Source: Chloroflexota bacterium
Lineage (GTDB): Bacteria; Chloroflexota; Anaerolineae; B4-G1; DUEL01
DNA: 49,340 nucleotides
Direction: 5' to 3'
NCBI GenBank assembly: GCA_011388675.1
Contig: DROW01000181.1
Coordinates: forward strand, 1-49,340
Shown one piece after another: positions 9,289-18,195 of this stretch (its first letter is position 1; each line of letters begins with the position of its first letter). Under the pieces are notes generated by a model, which saw only the letters and a program-made list of their open reading frames with translations, was not told where the DNA came from and did no database searches. The position numbers were made by a program, and so were the translations under genes.

Positions 9289-9325
9289 CCAGAGCCCCCC
9301 TCGACGGGGGCTCTGGCCTTTTTTT
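9289..9325 (+). terminator. Rho-independent terminator after flp
   Basis: CCAGAGCCCCC/GGGGGCTCTGG stem plus T7. Confidence 0.85.
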
Positions 9326-9403
9326 GCGTCCCCTCGTTTCCCCTCCGACGAAACAAGTGATATACTGGGGCAGTGGGAAACGGACGCGAGAGGAGGTAGG
9401 GTG

Positions 9404-10057
9404 ATGGCTCTGTTGTTTCTCGATTCGGCTGACCTGGACGAGATTCGAGAGGCGGCGTCGTGGGGGGTGGTGGACGGGGTGACGACCAACCCCACGCTGA
9501 TGATGCGCGCCGGCACGGCCGACCTGAAGGCGAACACGCTGGAGATCGTGCGCATCGTCCAGGGGCCGGTCAGCGCCGAAGTGGTCAGCACCGACGCGGA
9601 GGGGATGATCGAGGAGGCACGGGAGATCCTCTCCTGGTCGGAGCACGTCTTCGTCAAGATCCCCTGCACCGTCGAGGGCCTGAAGGCGATGCGGGAGATC
9701 TCTTCCTGGCCCAACGGGCGGATCAACGCCACGCTGATCTTCTCCCCCGCTCAGGCCTACCTGGCAGCCAAAGCCGGAGCCACCTACGCCTCCGTTTTCG
9801 TAGGCCGGATGGACGATGCGGGGCTAGAGGGAATGGCGGTGGTCCGACAGACACGGGACATCTTCGACAACTACGGTTTTTCCTGCTCGTTGCTGGCCGC
9901 CAGCATCCGACACACGGGCCACGTGGTCGACGCCCTTCTCGCAGGGGCCGACATCATCACCGTTCCCTTCAAGGTGCTCCGGACGATGATCCGCAGCCCC
10001 TTCACCGATGTGGGGCTGGAGCGGTTCCTGGCCGACTGGAAGAAGGTCGCCGGATAG
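9404..10057 (+). CDS. fsa: Transaldolase / fructose-6-phosphate aldolase family
   Basis: FLDSA, GVTTNPTL, VKIP, NATLIFS, VGRMDD, AASIR. Confidence 0.9.
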   Translation: MALLFLDSADLDEIREAASWGVVDGVTTNPTLMMRAGTADLKANTLEIVRIVQGPVSAEVVSTDAEGMIEEAREILSWSEHVFVKIPCTVEGLKAMREISSWPNGRINATLIFSPAQAYLAAKAGATYASVFVGRMDDAGLEGMAVVRQTRDIFDNYGFSCSLLAASIRHTGHVVDALLAGADIITVPFKVLRTMIRSPFTDVGLERFLADWKKVAG

Positions 10058-10751
10058 CCTCGCCTACGATGTGGATCCGCAGCGTAGGGGGGAACGACCG
10101 CTCAAGCAGGCAGGAGAGGCGGTAGAGGCCTTCAGTGAACGCCAGGTAGGTTGGATCTTCCACCAGGTCCAGCCCCACCACCTCCAGCCCGGCATCCACC
10201 AGCAACGCACGCAACCGATCGGGGGTGTTGGCCCGGTAGAGGGCGGGGAAGGTATCGGCGGTGGACCGGCCGTAGAGCCGCTTTACCAGCCGTCCCTGGG
10301 TCCGGCTCAGGAACCGGTTGAGCCACAGGAGAGGGTGACGCCGGTTGGGGGTCAGGAAGACGAAGCGGCCGCCCGGGGCCAACACCCGCGCCACCTCGCG
10401 GAGGGCCCGAGCAGGGTCCGGCAGATGCTCCAGCACCCAGGAACAGCAGACGAGATCGAAGGAAGCAGCGGGGAAGGGGAGCCTTTCCGCCTTGCCGCAC
10501 AGACGTCGAAAGGCGGACAGGCGGTGCTCCTGGAGGGAACGAAGGTCAGGGTCGATCCCCACCCATCGATCCAGCGTGTTGGGGAACTGTTCGACCACGC
10601 CGCCACGGCCGCACCCCAGGTCGAGCACCCGCGTCCCGCCCGTCAGGTGGGCCGCGATTCGGTCCCGATAGACGTGAGTGGCAGGCCGCCAGCCAGGGGT
10701 CTCCTCCGCGTACCGGTGGCGGTACGCCTCCTGTCGCTTGAGTGAAAGCAT
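10002..10751 (-). CDS. Class I SAM-dependent methyltransferase
   Basis: VLDLGCGRG, LPFPAASFDLV, VLEHL, RVLAPGG; start ATG 10751 (MLSLKRQ). Confidence 0.88.
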   Translation of the reverse strand: MLSLKRQEAYRHRYAEETPGWRPATHVYRDRIAAHLTGGTRVLDLGCGRGGVVEQFPNTLDRWVGIDPDLRSLQEHRLSAFRRLCGKAERLPFPAASFDLVCCSWVLEHLPDPARALREVARVLAPGGRFVFLTPNRRHPLLWLNRFLSRTQGRLVKRLYGRSTADTFPALYRANTPDRLRALLVDAGLEVVGLDLVEDPTYLAFTEGLYRLSCLLERSFPPTLRIHIVGEAIRRPSSSRPGTAPAPHR

Positions 10752-10755
10752 CCCC

Positions 10756-11157
10756 TCATCCGCCCCCCAGGTCCTCGGCGCTGAAACTGTCGGGGAGGAG
10801 GTCCGCCACGGTGGTCTCCCGGTAGGTTCCCGAGGTGTCTGCGATGAGCACGACGATCTCCTCGCCGAACTCCCGCAGGGTCTGTCGGCACGCGCCGCAC
10901 GGCGTCCCACCGTTCTCGGTTACCACGGCCAGGGCCACGAACTCCCGCTCCCCCTCGGAGACCGCCTTGGCGATCGCCACCCGCTCGGCGCAGAGGCCCA
11001 GGGGGTAGACGGCGTTTTCTACGTTGCATCCGGTATAGATCGCGCCGGACTTCCCTAAAACGGCCGCTCCAACGCGGTAGCGCGAGTACGGCGCATAGGC
11101 CTGCTCGCGCGCCGCCCTCGCCGCTTCGATCAGCACAGCCGGATCAAATCCTTTCAT
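10756..11157 (-). CDS. cdd: Cytidine deaminase (homotetrameric type)
   Basis: YAPYSRYRVGAA, GCNVEN, CAER, PCGACRQ, LLPDSF. Confidence 0.96.
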   Translation of the reverse strand: MKGFDPAVLIEAARAAREQAYAPYSRYRVGAAVLGKSGAIYTGCNVENAVYPLGLCAERVAIAKAVSEGEREFVALAVVTENGGTPCGACRQTLREFGEEIVVLIADTSGTYRETTVADLLPDSFSAEDLGGG

Positions 11158-12460
11158 CGGGTTCCCTCTTTTCCAGGCGACCGCGCACTTTCCCGATGCG
11201 CCGTCCCTTCACCGTCAGTACCTCAATCTCCAGGCCGTCCACCTGGAGCCGGTCGCCCGGCTCCGGCACCTTACCCAGCGTGCAGTAGATCAGGCCTCCC
11301 AACGTCTCGCCCGCTTCGGAGGAGAGTTCGGTCCCCAGGAGTTCGTTCACGTCGTCCAGATCCATCCGAGCGTCGATGATGTATTCCCCCTCACCGATCT
11401 GCTCGAAGACCGGCTCCTCCTCGTCGTACTCGTCCTGGATCTCCCCGACGATCTCCTCCAGGATGTCCTCCACCGTCACCAACCCCGCCGTCCCGCCGTA
11501 CTCGTCCACCACGATGGCCATATGGATGCGGTGCTGTTGCATCTCCCGCAAGAGGTCATCCACCTTCTTCGTCTCCGGCACAAAGTACGCGGGGCGGAGG
11601 ATCTCGCGGAGCGAGAGGTCGGTGTGTCCATCCCGTAGATACGCCAGCAGGTCTTTGGCGTACAACAGCCCCACGATGTTGTCGATCGACCCTTCGTAAA
11701 CGGGAATGCGCGAATGGCCGGCCTCGACGACCCGCTCCACCGCCTCCGGAAGCGGGGTGTCGACGTCCAGGGCAACGATGTCGATCCGGGGGACCATCAC
11801 CTCGCGGGCCAGGGTGTCGCCGAAAGCGAAGATGGAGTAGATCATCTCCCGCTCTTCCTCCTCGATGATCCCTTCCTCCTCGCCGGCGTCCACCAGGGTC
11901 TTGATCTCCTCCTCGCTGATCAGCGAGGTTTCGCTGAACGGGACGCCTCCGAACGGGGCCGCCAGCCGGTTGGTGAACCAGACCAGCAGTCGCACCGGGG
12001 GCCACAGCGCGATCTGGACCAGCCGGACGATCCAGGTCAGCCGCAGGGCCCACCGTTCTGCGTGGGCCGCGGCCACCGCCTCGGGCACCAACTGGCCGAA
12101 GGTCAGAAGCAGAGAGGTGGTGCCGACGAGGATAAGGGTCAGCGCCCCCCCCTGTGCCCAGGCCATCGGCAGGCCGCTGCCGACCAGCGCGTCGACGAGA
12201 GGGGGAAGGAGGGTCAGGACCGCCAGGGCGGTTGCCAAGACCGCCAGAAGGGCGTCCCCCAGGTAGAGGGTTCCCAGCAGCCGACTGGCCTCCTCTGCCA
12301 GCCGCGCAGCCTGGCGGGCGTTCTGCACCCCTTCCCCGGCCATCTGTCGCAGTCGGCTTCGGCGGACGTGGGTGAAGGCCGCCCTTGCCGCCGCGAGCGC
12401 TCCCCGACCGACCACCGCTGCCAGAAGGCCCGCAAGCCCCAGCCAGTTCTCCAGGTTCAC
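11144..12460 (-). CDS. Hemolysin/CNNM family transporter (DUF21-CBS-CBS-CorC)
   Basis: N-terminal TMs, REVMVPR, HSRIPVY, VVDEYGGTAGLVTVEDILEEIVGEIQDEYD. Confidence 0.93.
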   Translation of the reverse strand: MNLENWLGLAGLLAAVVGRGALAAARAAFTHVRRSRLRQMAGEGVQNARQAARLAEEASRLLGTLYLGDALLAVLATALAVLTLLPPLVDALVGSGLPMAWAQGGALTLILVGTTSLLLTFGQLVPEAVAAAHAERWALRLTWIVRLVQIALWPPVRLLVWFTNRLAAPFGGVPFSETSLISEEEIKTLVDAGEEEGIIEEEEREMIYSIFAFGDTLAREVMVPRIDIVALDVDTPLPEAVERVVEAGHSRIPVYEGSIDNIVGLLYAKDLLAYLRDGHTDLSLREILRPAYFVPETKKVDDLLREMQQHRIHMAIVVDEYGGTAGLVTVEDILEEIVGEIQDEYDEEEPVFEQIGEGEYIIDARMDLDDVNELLGTELSSEAGETLGGLIYCTLGKVPEPGDRLQVDGLEIEVLTVKGRRIGKVRGRLEKREPDERI

Positions 12461-13839
12461 CGGTTACGTCCTCCTACCTCCGCCCCTCCGTCCCTCACGT
12501 TCCGCTTCTTCACCCTCGCCGGCACCCCGTAAGCCAGCGCTCCGTCCGGCACGTCCCGCGTCACCACGGAACCGGCTCCAATCACGGCCTCCCGGCCCAC
12601 CCGGACCGGCGCGACGAGCATGGTGCCGGAGCCGATGAAGGCCCGCTCGCCGATCTCCGTCCGATGTTTTCGCTTCCCGTCGAAGTTGCAGGTGATGGTG
12701 CCCGCGCCGATGTTGGCCTCCGCTCCCACCTCTGCGTCGCCCAGGTAACTGAAGTGGCCCATCTTGGCCCGCGGTCCCAGCGTCGCGTTCTTGATTTCGC
12801 CGAAGTTCCCCACGTGAGCGCCGGCACCGACCCGCGCGCCCGGCCGCAGGTGGCTGAAAGGCCCGATGTCGCTCCCCTCTTCCATCACCGCCCCCTCCAC
12901 CACCGAAGCCAGCACGCGGCAGCCGTCGCCGATGGTGCTGTCCTCGATCAGCGAGTTGGGGCCGATCTGACACCGTTCTCCAATGACCGTCCGTCCGCGC
13001 AGGACCGTGTTGGGCCAGATGACCGTATCCCGCCCGATGCGGACGTCAACCTCGATATAGGTCGTCTCCGGATCGACCATCGTCACGCCGGCTTCCATCC
13101 ATTGGCGGTTGATCCGGCGACGAAGGGCCGCCTCGGCCTCGGCCAGATGGACACGGGTGTTGATCCCCAGCGCCTCCGTCGGGTCTTCGACGGGAACCCC
13201 CCTCACCGGCAACCCCTCCGCGGCAGCCATCCCAACCAGGTCGGTCAGGTAATGCTCCCGCTTGGGCAGGCTGAGTGGAATGCGGTCGACGTGCGACCAC
13301 AGCCACTCGGCGTCGAAGCAGTACACCCCGGCGTTCAGCTCCCGGATCGCCAGTTGTTCCGGCGTAGCGGTCGCTTCCTCGACGATGGCGACGATCGCCC
13401 CGGATTCATCCCGCACCACGCGGCCGAACCCCCGGGGGTCGTCGGCGATCAGGGTCAGGAGGGTGAGGGGACCGGCGTTCTCCTGCTGACGGTCCACCAG
13501 TCGGCGCAGCGTCTCCGGCCGCAGGAGCGGCATATCGGCGTAGGTCACGAGCACCAGGTCAGCCCGGCCCCGGAGCGTATCCCGCGCCTGCAACACGGCG
13601 TGTCCGGTTCCCTTCTGCTCTCGCTGTTCGACGTAAACGACCTCCTCCCCCACGGCCCGGCGGACCGCATCCGCCCCGTGGCCGACGACGAGGACGGGGG
13701 GGAGATCGGTCAGGCCGCGGACCGCGTCGATGGCATACAACACCATCGGCCGCCCAGCCAGGGGATGGAGCACTTTGGGTAGAGTGGACCGCAGACGGGT
13801 CCCTTGCCCGGCGGCCAGGATTACCGCACCCACGCGCAT
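12457..13839 (-). CDS. glmU: Bifunctional UDP-GlcNAc pyrophosphorylase / glucosamine-1-P N-acetyltransferase
   Basis: LAAGQGTR..PKVLH, GTGHA, EHYLTD, hexapeptide repeats, HFSYLGDA, GAGTITCNFDG. Confidence 0.97.
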   Translation of the reverse strand: MRVGAVILAAGQGTRLRSTLPKVLHPLAGRPMVLYAIDAVRGLTDLPPVLVVGHGADAVRRAVGEEVVYVEQREQKGTGHAVLQARDTLRGRADLVLVTYADMPLLRPETLRRLVDRQQENAGPLTLLTLIADDPRGFGRVVRDESGAIVAIVEEATATPEQLAIRELNAGVYCFDAEWLWSHVDRIPLSLPKREHYLTDLVGMAAAEGLPVRGVPVEDPTEALGINTRVHLAEAEAALRRRINRQWMEAGVTMVDPETTYIEVDVRIGRDTVIWPNTVLRGRTVIGERCQIGPNSLIEDSTIGDGCRVLASVVEGAVMEEGSDIGPFSHLRPGARVGAGAHVGNFGEIKNATLGPRAKMGHFSYLGDAEVGAEANIGAGTITCNFDGKRKHRTEIGERAFIGSGTMLVAPVRVGREAVIGAGSVVTRDVPDGALAYGVPARVKKRNVRDGGAEVGGRNR

Positions 13840-13852
13840 TGTCTTCCTCCGT

Positions 13853-13898
13853 AAACAAAAATGGCCGTCATCCGGCTCCGACGGAGCCGGTCACGGCC
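13853..13898 (-). terminator. Terminator-like hairpin directly upstream of glmU RBS (possible attenuator)
   Basis: Minus strand GGCCGT-ga-CCGGCTCC-gtc-GGAGCCGG-atg-ACGGCC-ATTTTTGTTT. Confidence 0.65.
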
Positions 13899-14015
13899 TT
13901 CTACCGGTACTGGGAACCCCTTTTTACTCGCCGATTCGTCCAAAGTCTAACCGATCGCTGGAGCAGCGGTCGAACCAGGGCCTCCGATCCGTCGGAGGTA
14001 CATCCGTCCACCAGG

Positions 14016-14086
14016 CTGGGGCGGTAGGATTCGAACCTACGATCACGGATCCAAAGTCCGTTGCCTTACCACTTGGCCACGCCCCA
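14016..14086 (-). tRNA. tRNA-Gln(TTG)
   Basis: TGGGGCG acceptor, anticodon loop CTTTGGA, GTTCGAATC T-loop; followed by CCT (full CCA not encoded). Confidence 0.96.
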
Positions 14087-14110
14087 GCGCAAAGGGCATT
14101 TTCACCCGGA

Positions 14111-14139
14111 AATATATCACATCTTGTTCTCTTCTGCAA
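14111..14139 (-). promoter_or_regulatory. Promoter of tRNA-Gln/glmU unit
   Basis: TTGCAG-N17-TATATT with TG extension on minus strand. Confidence 0.6.
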
Positions 14140-14181
14140 GCGGCCGAACTCCGATGGCCCCACCCCAGCGCCAGATGAGTC

Positions 14182-14221
14182 TTGACAGGCGATTAGTTTT
14201 GTGTTATTCTCTATTAAGAAT
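14182..14221 (+). promoter_or_regulatory. Strong sigma-70 promoter of perR cluster with overlapping inverted repeat (candidate operator)
   Basis: TTGACA-N17-TATTCT with TG; ATTCT-N6-AGAAT at 14206-14221. Confidence 0.7.
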
Positions 14222-14678
14222 GAATTTCCAAAACCTTTCCCAGGAGAGCCTGTCTCAAATTGCCCAACGCCTGCGCGACCACGGCTACCGGGTCACGCCC
14301 CAGAGGATGGCGATCGTTGAGGCGTTGTTCGCCTCCTCTCATCCGACGGCGGAGGAAATCCACCAGCAGATCAGCAGGCGGTTCCCGATGGTGAGCCTGG
14401 CCACGGTTTACAAGACCCTACGGGTGCTGACCGAACTGGGCATCGCCAGGGATCTGAAAATAGGGGAACGAAACCGATTCGACGGGAACACAGACCCTCA
14501 CGCCCACTTGATCTGCATCCGCTGTGGGCAGATCACAGACTTCCCGCTCTCTTCTCAGGGCGTGGCCCTCGCCGAGGAGGTAGAACCTCAGGGGTTCCAG
14601 ATGTTGTGGTACGACCTTGAGATCTACGGGATATGCAGGCAGTGCCAGGCGAAGAAGGGCTCTTCACCAACCCTATAG
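14220..14678 (+). CDS. perR: Fur-family regulator, PerR-like
   Basis: RVTPQR, HPTAEEI, SLATVYKTL, RFD, HAHLICIRCG..D, CRQC; heads oxidative stress genes. Confidence 0.85.
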   Translation: MNFQNLSQESLSQIAQRLRDHGYRVTPQRMAIVEALFASSHPTAEEIHQQISRRFPMVSLATVYKTLRVLTELGIARDLKIGERNRFDGNTDPHAHLICIRCGQITDFPLSSQGVALAEEVEPQGFQMLWYDLEIYGICRQCQAKKGSSPTL

Positions 14679-14690
14679 AGGAGGTCAAAA

Positions 14691-14852
14691 ATGCAAAAGT
14701 GGGAGTGCACGATCTGCGGCTACGTCTATGACCCGGCGGTGGGCGATCCGGATAACGGCATCCCGGCGGGTACCCCCTTTGAGGAACTGCCCGACGATTG
14801 GGTCTGCCCGGACTGCGGCGCGACGAAGGACATGTTCGAGCCTATGGCATAA
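14691..14852 (+). CDS. Rubredoxin (53 aa; absent from ORF track)
   Basis: [49 protein letters not shown]; RBS GAGGAGG. Confidence 0.97.
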   Translation: MQKWECTICGYVYDPAVGDPDNGIPAGTPFEELPDDWVCPDCGATKDMFEPMA

Positions 14853-14885
14853 GTCGGACCCACGTTCGGATGAAAGGTGTCATCG

Positions 14886-16073
14886 ATGCGATACGTCATC
14901 GTAGGTAACGGCGTGGCGGGCATCACCGCGGCCGCCGAACTGACCAACCGGGCTGCCGGCGCGATCGAAGTCTACACGAGCGAGCCGCACCCCTACTACT
15001 TTCGTCCCCAACTCCCCCCCTTCGTGGCCGGGGAGATCCCCCAGGAAAGGCTGTACGCCCGTCCTCCGTCCTGGTACGAAGAACGAGGGATCGAGGTCCA
15101 TCTTGCCTCTCCGGTGAAACGGCTACTTCCCGACCAAAAGCGCATCCTCCTTGCCGACGGTACGGAGGTCGCCTACGACCGCCTCCTGCTGGCAACGGGC
15201 AGCCGTCCGTTCATCCCCCCCGTCGACGGGGTGGATAAGGAGGGGGTCTTCGCGCTGCGCACTTTGGACGACGCCCTGACGATCCGGGAGTACGCGGCCC
15301 AATGTCGGGAGGCGGTGGTCGTTGGTGGCGGGCTGTTGGGGCTGGAGGCCGCCCGCGCGCTGAGTGCCCTCGGTCTGGCCGTGACCGTGCTGGAGTTTGC
15401 GCCACGGCTCCTGCCCCGACAACTGGACGAGGAGGGCGCGGTCCTCTTCCGCCGCCTGGTGGAAGGGATAGGCCTGCGGGTGGCACTCTCGGCGGAGACG
15501 ACGGCGATCCTAGGGAACGGCAAGGTGGAAGGAGTGGCCCTTCGTGACGGTCGGAAGTTCCCCGCCCAGATGGTTCTCTTCGCCACCGGGGTACGGGCCA
15601 ACACCGGTCTCGCTGCCGAGGCCGGGTTGGAGGTGGGCCGGGGGATCGTGGTGAACGAGCGGATGCGAACCAGCGCACCCGACGTCTACGCCGCCGGGGA
15701 CGTCGCCTCGTTCAACGGCCGCTCCTGGGCCATCATCCCCCAGGCCCGCGCCCAGGCCCAGGTGGCAGCGGCCAATATGGCTGGCGAGGAGGCCATCTAC
15801 GAGGAGATCGTCCCCTCCACAACCCTCAAGGTCGTGGGGGTGGACCTCACCTCGTGCGGGGTGGTGAATCCCGAGGAAGAGGAGTACCTTGAGATCCGCT
15901 CCGCCGCTCCGGAGGCAGGCCGCTACGTCAAACTGGTACTCGGAGACGGCGTAGCCACCGGCGCGGTCGTGCTGGGCGACCGCGCTCTGGCCCGGAAACT
16001 GGAACGGCTGGTCGTTCAGAAGGCCGCGATCGATCCGGAGGAGGCCCGCCGCTTGGTGGAGGGCGTAGCGTAG
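14886..16073 (+). CDS. NAD(P)H:rubredoxin oxidoreductase (NROR-like FAD-dependent pyridine nucleotide reductase)
   Basis: GNGVAG, LLLATGS, GGGLLGLE, VYAAGD; adjacent to rubredoxin. Confidence 0.88.
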   Translation: MRYVIVGNGVAGITAAAELTNRAAGAIEVYTSEPHPYYFRPQLPPFVAGEIPQERLYARPPSWYEERGIEVHLASPVKRLLPDQKRILLADGTEVAYDRLLLATGSRPFIPPVDGVDKEGVFALRTLDDALTIREYAAQCREAVVVGGGLLGLEAARALSALGLAVTVLEFAPRLLPRQLDEEGAVLFRRLVEGIGLRVALSAETTAILGNGKVEGVALRDGRKFPAQMVLFATGVRANTGLAAEAGLEVGRGIVVNERMRTSAPDVYAAGDVASFNGRSWAIIPQARAQAQVAAANMAGEEAIYEEIVPSTTLKVVGVDLTSCGVVNPEEEEYLEIRSAAPEAGRYVKLVLGDGVATGAVVLGDRALARKLERLVVQKAAIDPEEARRLVEGVA

Positions 16074-16106
16074 CGCTGAGGTACGCCAGGAAAGGAGAAC
16101 GGAAAG

Positions 16107-16802
16107 ATGGGCGAAGTGGATTCCTGCGTCCAGCCAGCAGCGGGGCCCCTGATCCCAGAGGCCCCCGAGGAGAAAATCCAAGAAGGAAAGGAGGAGGTTA
16201 AGATGATCGCACGTGTCGGCAAAGAGGCTCCCGATTTCGAGGCATCGGCCTACATCCCGGGCGAGGGGTTCAAAAACATCCGCCTCTCCGATTACCGAGG
16301 GAAGTGGGTCGTCCTCTGCTTCTACCCCGGTGACTTCACCTTCGTTTGACCGACCGAATTGGCGGCAGTTGCCGCCCGGTACGAGGAACTGAAGGAGTTG
16401 GGCGTCGAGGTCCTCTCCATCAGCACCGACAGCCGCTTCACCCACAAGATCTGGAACGAGAGCGAACTCTCCAAGATGGTTGAGGGTGGCATCCCCTTCC
16501 CGATGCTCTCCGACCAGGGAGGGCGCATCGGCACCGTGTACGGGGTGTACGACGAAGAGGCGGGGGTGGACATCCGCGGCCGCTTCATCATCGACCCCGA
16601 TGGGGTGATCCAGGCAATGGAGGTCCTTACCCCGCCGGTGGGCCGCAACCCGGACGAGTTGATCCGCCAGATCCAGGCCTTCCAGCACGTCCGGGCCACC
16701 AAAGGAGCGGAGGCGACCCCGTCCGGCTGGACCCCCGGTCAGCCGACCCTGAAGCCGGGACCGGACCTGGTGGGCAAGGTCTGGGAGGTGTGGAAGCCGT
16801 AA
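16107..16802 (+). CDS. prxU: Selenocysteine-containing peroxiredoxin (PrxU-like), in-frame UGA at 16347-16349
   Basis: Two in-frame ORFs join as [13 protein letters not shown] (peroxidatic Cys position); [15 protein letters not shown]; SECIS-like hairpin follows; alternative start ATG 16203. Confidence 0.9.
16353..16380 (+). promoter_or_regulatory. Bacterial SECIS element
   Basis: ACCG-aatt-GGCGGC-AGTT-GCCGCC-CGGT hairpin; apical loop with GU about 18 nt after UGA. Confidence 0.78.
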
Positions 16803-16872
16803 CCGAGCGAAGGGAGGGGGCCGGCGGAGTCGGTCCCCTCCCTTCCCCACGTCTCATCTGCGAGGAGTGGCT

Positions 16873-18195
16873 GTGGACCCCGTGACGCTAGCGCGGATTC
16901 AATTCGGCCTGACGGCCGCTTTCCACTTTCTCTACCCGCCGGTCTCCATCGGACTGGCCTGGCTGGTTGTATATATGGCCTGGCGATCCCTGCGGGACGA
17001 AGATCCGATCTGGGACCAGATGACGAAGTTCTGGGTGCGCGTCCTGGCCCTGGTCTTCGCCGTAGGGGTCGCCACGGGCATCACGCTGGAGTTCCAGTTC
17101 GGCACGAACTGGGCCGCCTACTCCCGCTTCGTGGGCGACATCTTCGGCGCTCCTCTGGCCGCCGAAGGGGTCTTTGCTTTCTTCCTCGAGTCCACGTTTA
17201 TGGGCGTCCTCATTTTCGGTCGGAATCGGGTCTCCCGGCGGTTCTACGCCATCTCCGCGCTGATGGTAGCGGTTGGCTCCACCCTATCCGCCTTCTGGAT
17301 CATCGTCGCCAACTCCTGGCAGCAGACGCCGGTGGCGTATCGGATCGTAGGGGAGGGGCCGTTCCGCCGGGCGGAACTGACCGACTTCTGGGCCGCGGTG
17401 TTCAATCCTTCCACCCTGCCCCGGTATCTCCACACCGTCTCCGCCGCGATCCTGACCGGTGCGTTTCTCGTCGCGGGCGCAAGCGCCCACTACCTGCTGA
17501 AGGGACGTCACCGGGACTTCGCCCGTCGATCCCTCCAGGTGGGGCTCGTCGCGGCAGCCATTTTCTCCCTCGTCGTCCCCGGCGTGGGGCACTTCCACTC
17601 GGTCCAGGTGGCCCGAACCCAGCCAGCGAAACTGGCCGCGTTCGAGGCGCTGTTCGAGACGGAGCGGGGGGCCGCACTGGTCCTCTGGGGCTTCCCCGAC
17701 GTGTCGGCCCGCACGCTTCGGCTGGAGATCTCTCTGCCCCGGATGCTCAGTTTCCTGCTCGATTTCGACCCCAACTCCTCGGTAGCGGGGCTGGACCAGT
17801 TTGCTGAGGAGGACTGGCCTCCCATCGCGGCCGCCTTTTATCCCTACCATCTGATGGTCCTCCTGGGCGGCTGGTTCGTCCTCCTTTCCTGGGCCGGCCT
17901 CCTGATGGGAGAGCGGCGGTACACCACCCGCCCGTTCCTCTGGGCCCTCTATGGCTCCACCGTGCTTCCCCTGCTGACGATGGAACTGGGCTGGCTGGCC
18001 GCGGAGTTCGGGCGGCAGCCGTGGGTGGTGTACGGGCTTCTGCGGACGGAGGATGCCGTCTCGCCAGTCGTCCCAGCAAGCCACATCCTGGCTACCATCC
18101 TCCTCTTCGCCCTGATCTACACCTTGCTGCTGGCCCTCCTCGTCTACCTGCTGAAGCGAGAGTTCGAGCGGGGGCCGGAGGAGGTGGCGAAATGA
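16873..18195 (+). CDS. cydA: Cytochrome bd ubiquinol oxidase subunit I
   Basis: LARIQF..AAFHFLY, EFQFGTNW, AFFLES, ANSWQQTP, QPAKLAAFE, GRQPW; start GTG 16873 or 16867. Confidence 0.96.
   Translation: MDPVTLARIQFGLTAAFHFLYPPVSIGLAWLVVYMAWRSLRDEDPIWDQMTKFWVRVLALVFAVGVATGITLEFQFGTNWAAYSRFVGDIFGAPLAAEGVFAFFLESTFMGVLIFGRNRVSRRFYAISALMVAVGSTLSAFWIIVANSWQQTPVAYRIVGEGPFRRAELTDFWAAVFNPSTLPRYLHTVSAAILTGAFLVAGASAHYLLKGRHRDFARRSLQVGLVAAAIFSLVVPGVGHFHSVQVARTQPAKLAAFEALFETERGAALVLWGFPDVSARTLRLEISLPRMLSFLLDFDPNSSVAGLDQFAEEDWPPIAAAFYPYHLMVLLGGWFVLLSWAGLLMGERRYTTRPFLWALYGSTVLPLLTMELGWLAAEFGRQPWVVYGLLRTEDAVSPVVPASHILATILLFALIYTLLLALLVYLLKREFERGPEEVAK

Noticed and set aside
13913-13940. Second ECF promoter GGAACC..CGTC
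   Set aside because: Spacer is 18 nt and it points antisense to the tRNA/glmU unit
16107-16802. Pseudogene or two separate ORFs for peroxiredoxin
   Set aside because: The stop is TGA exactly at the catalytic Cys, in frame, and followed by a SECIS-like hairpin
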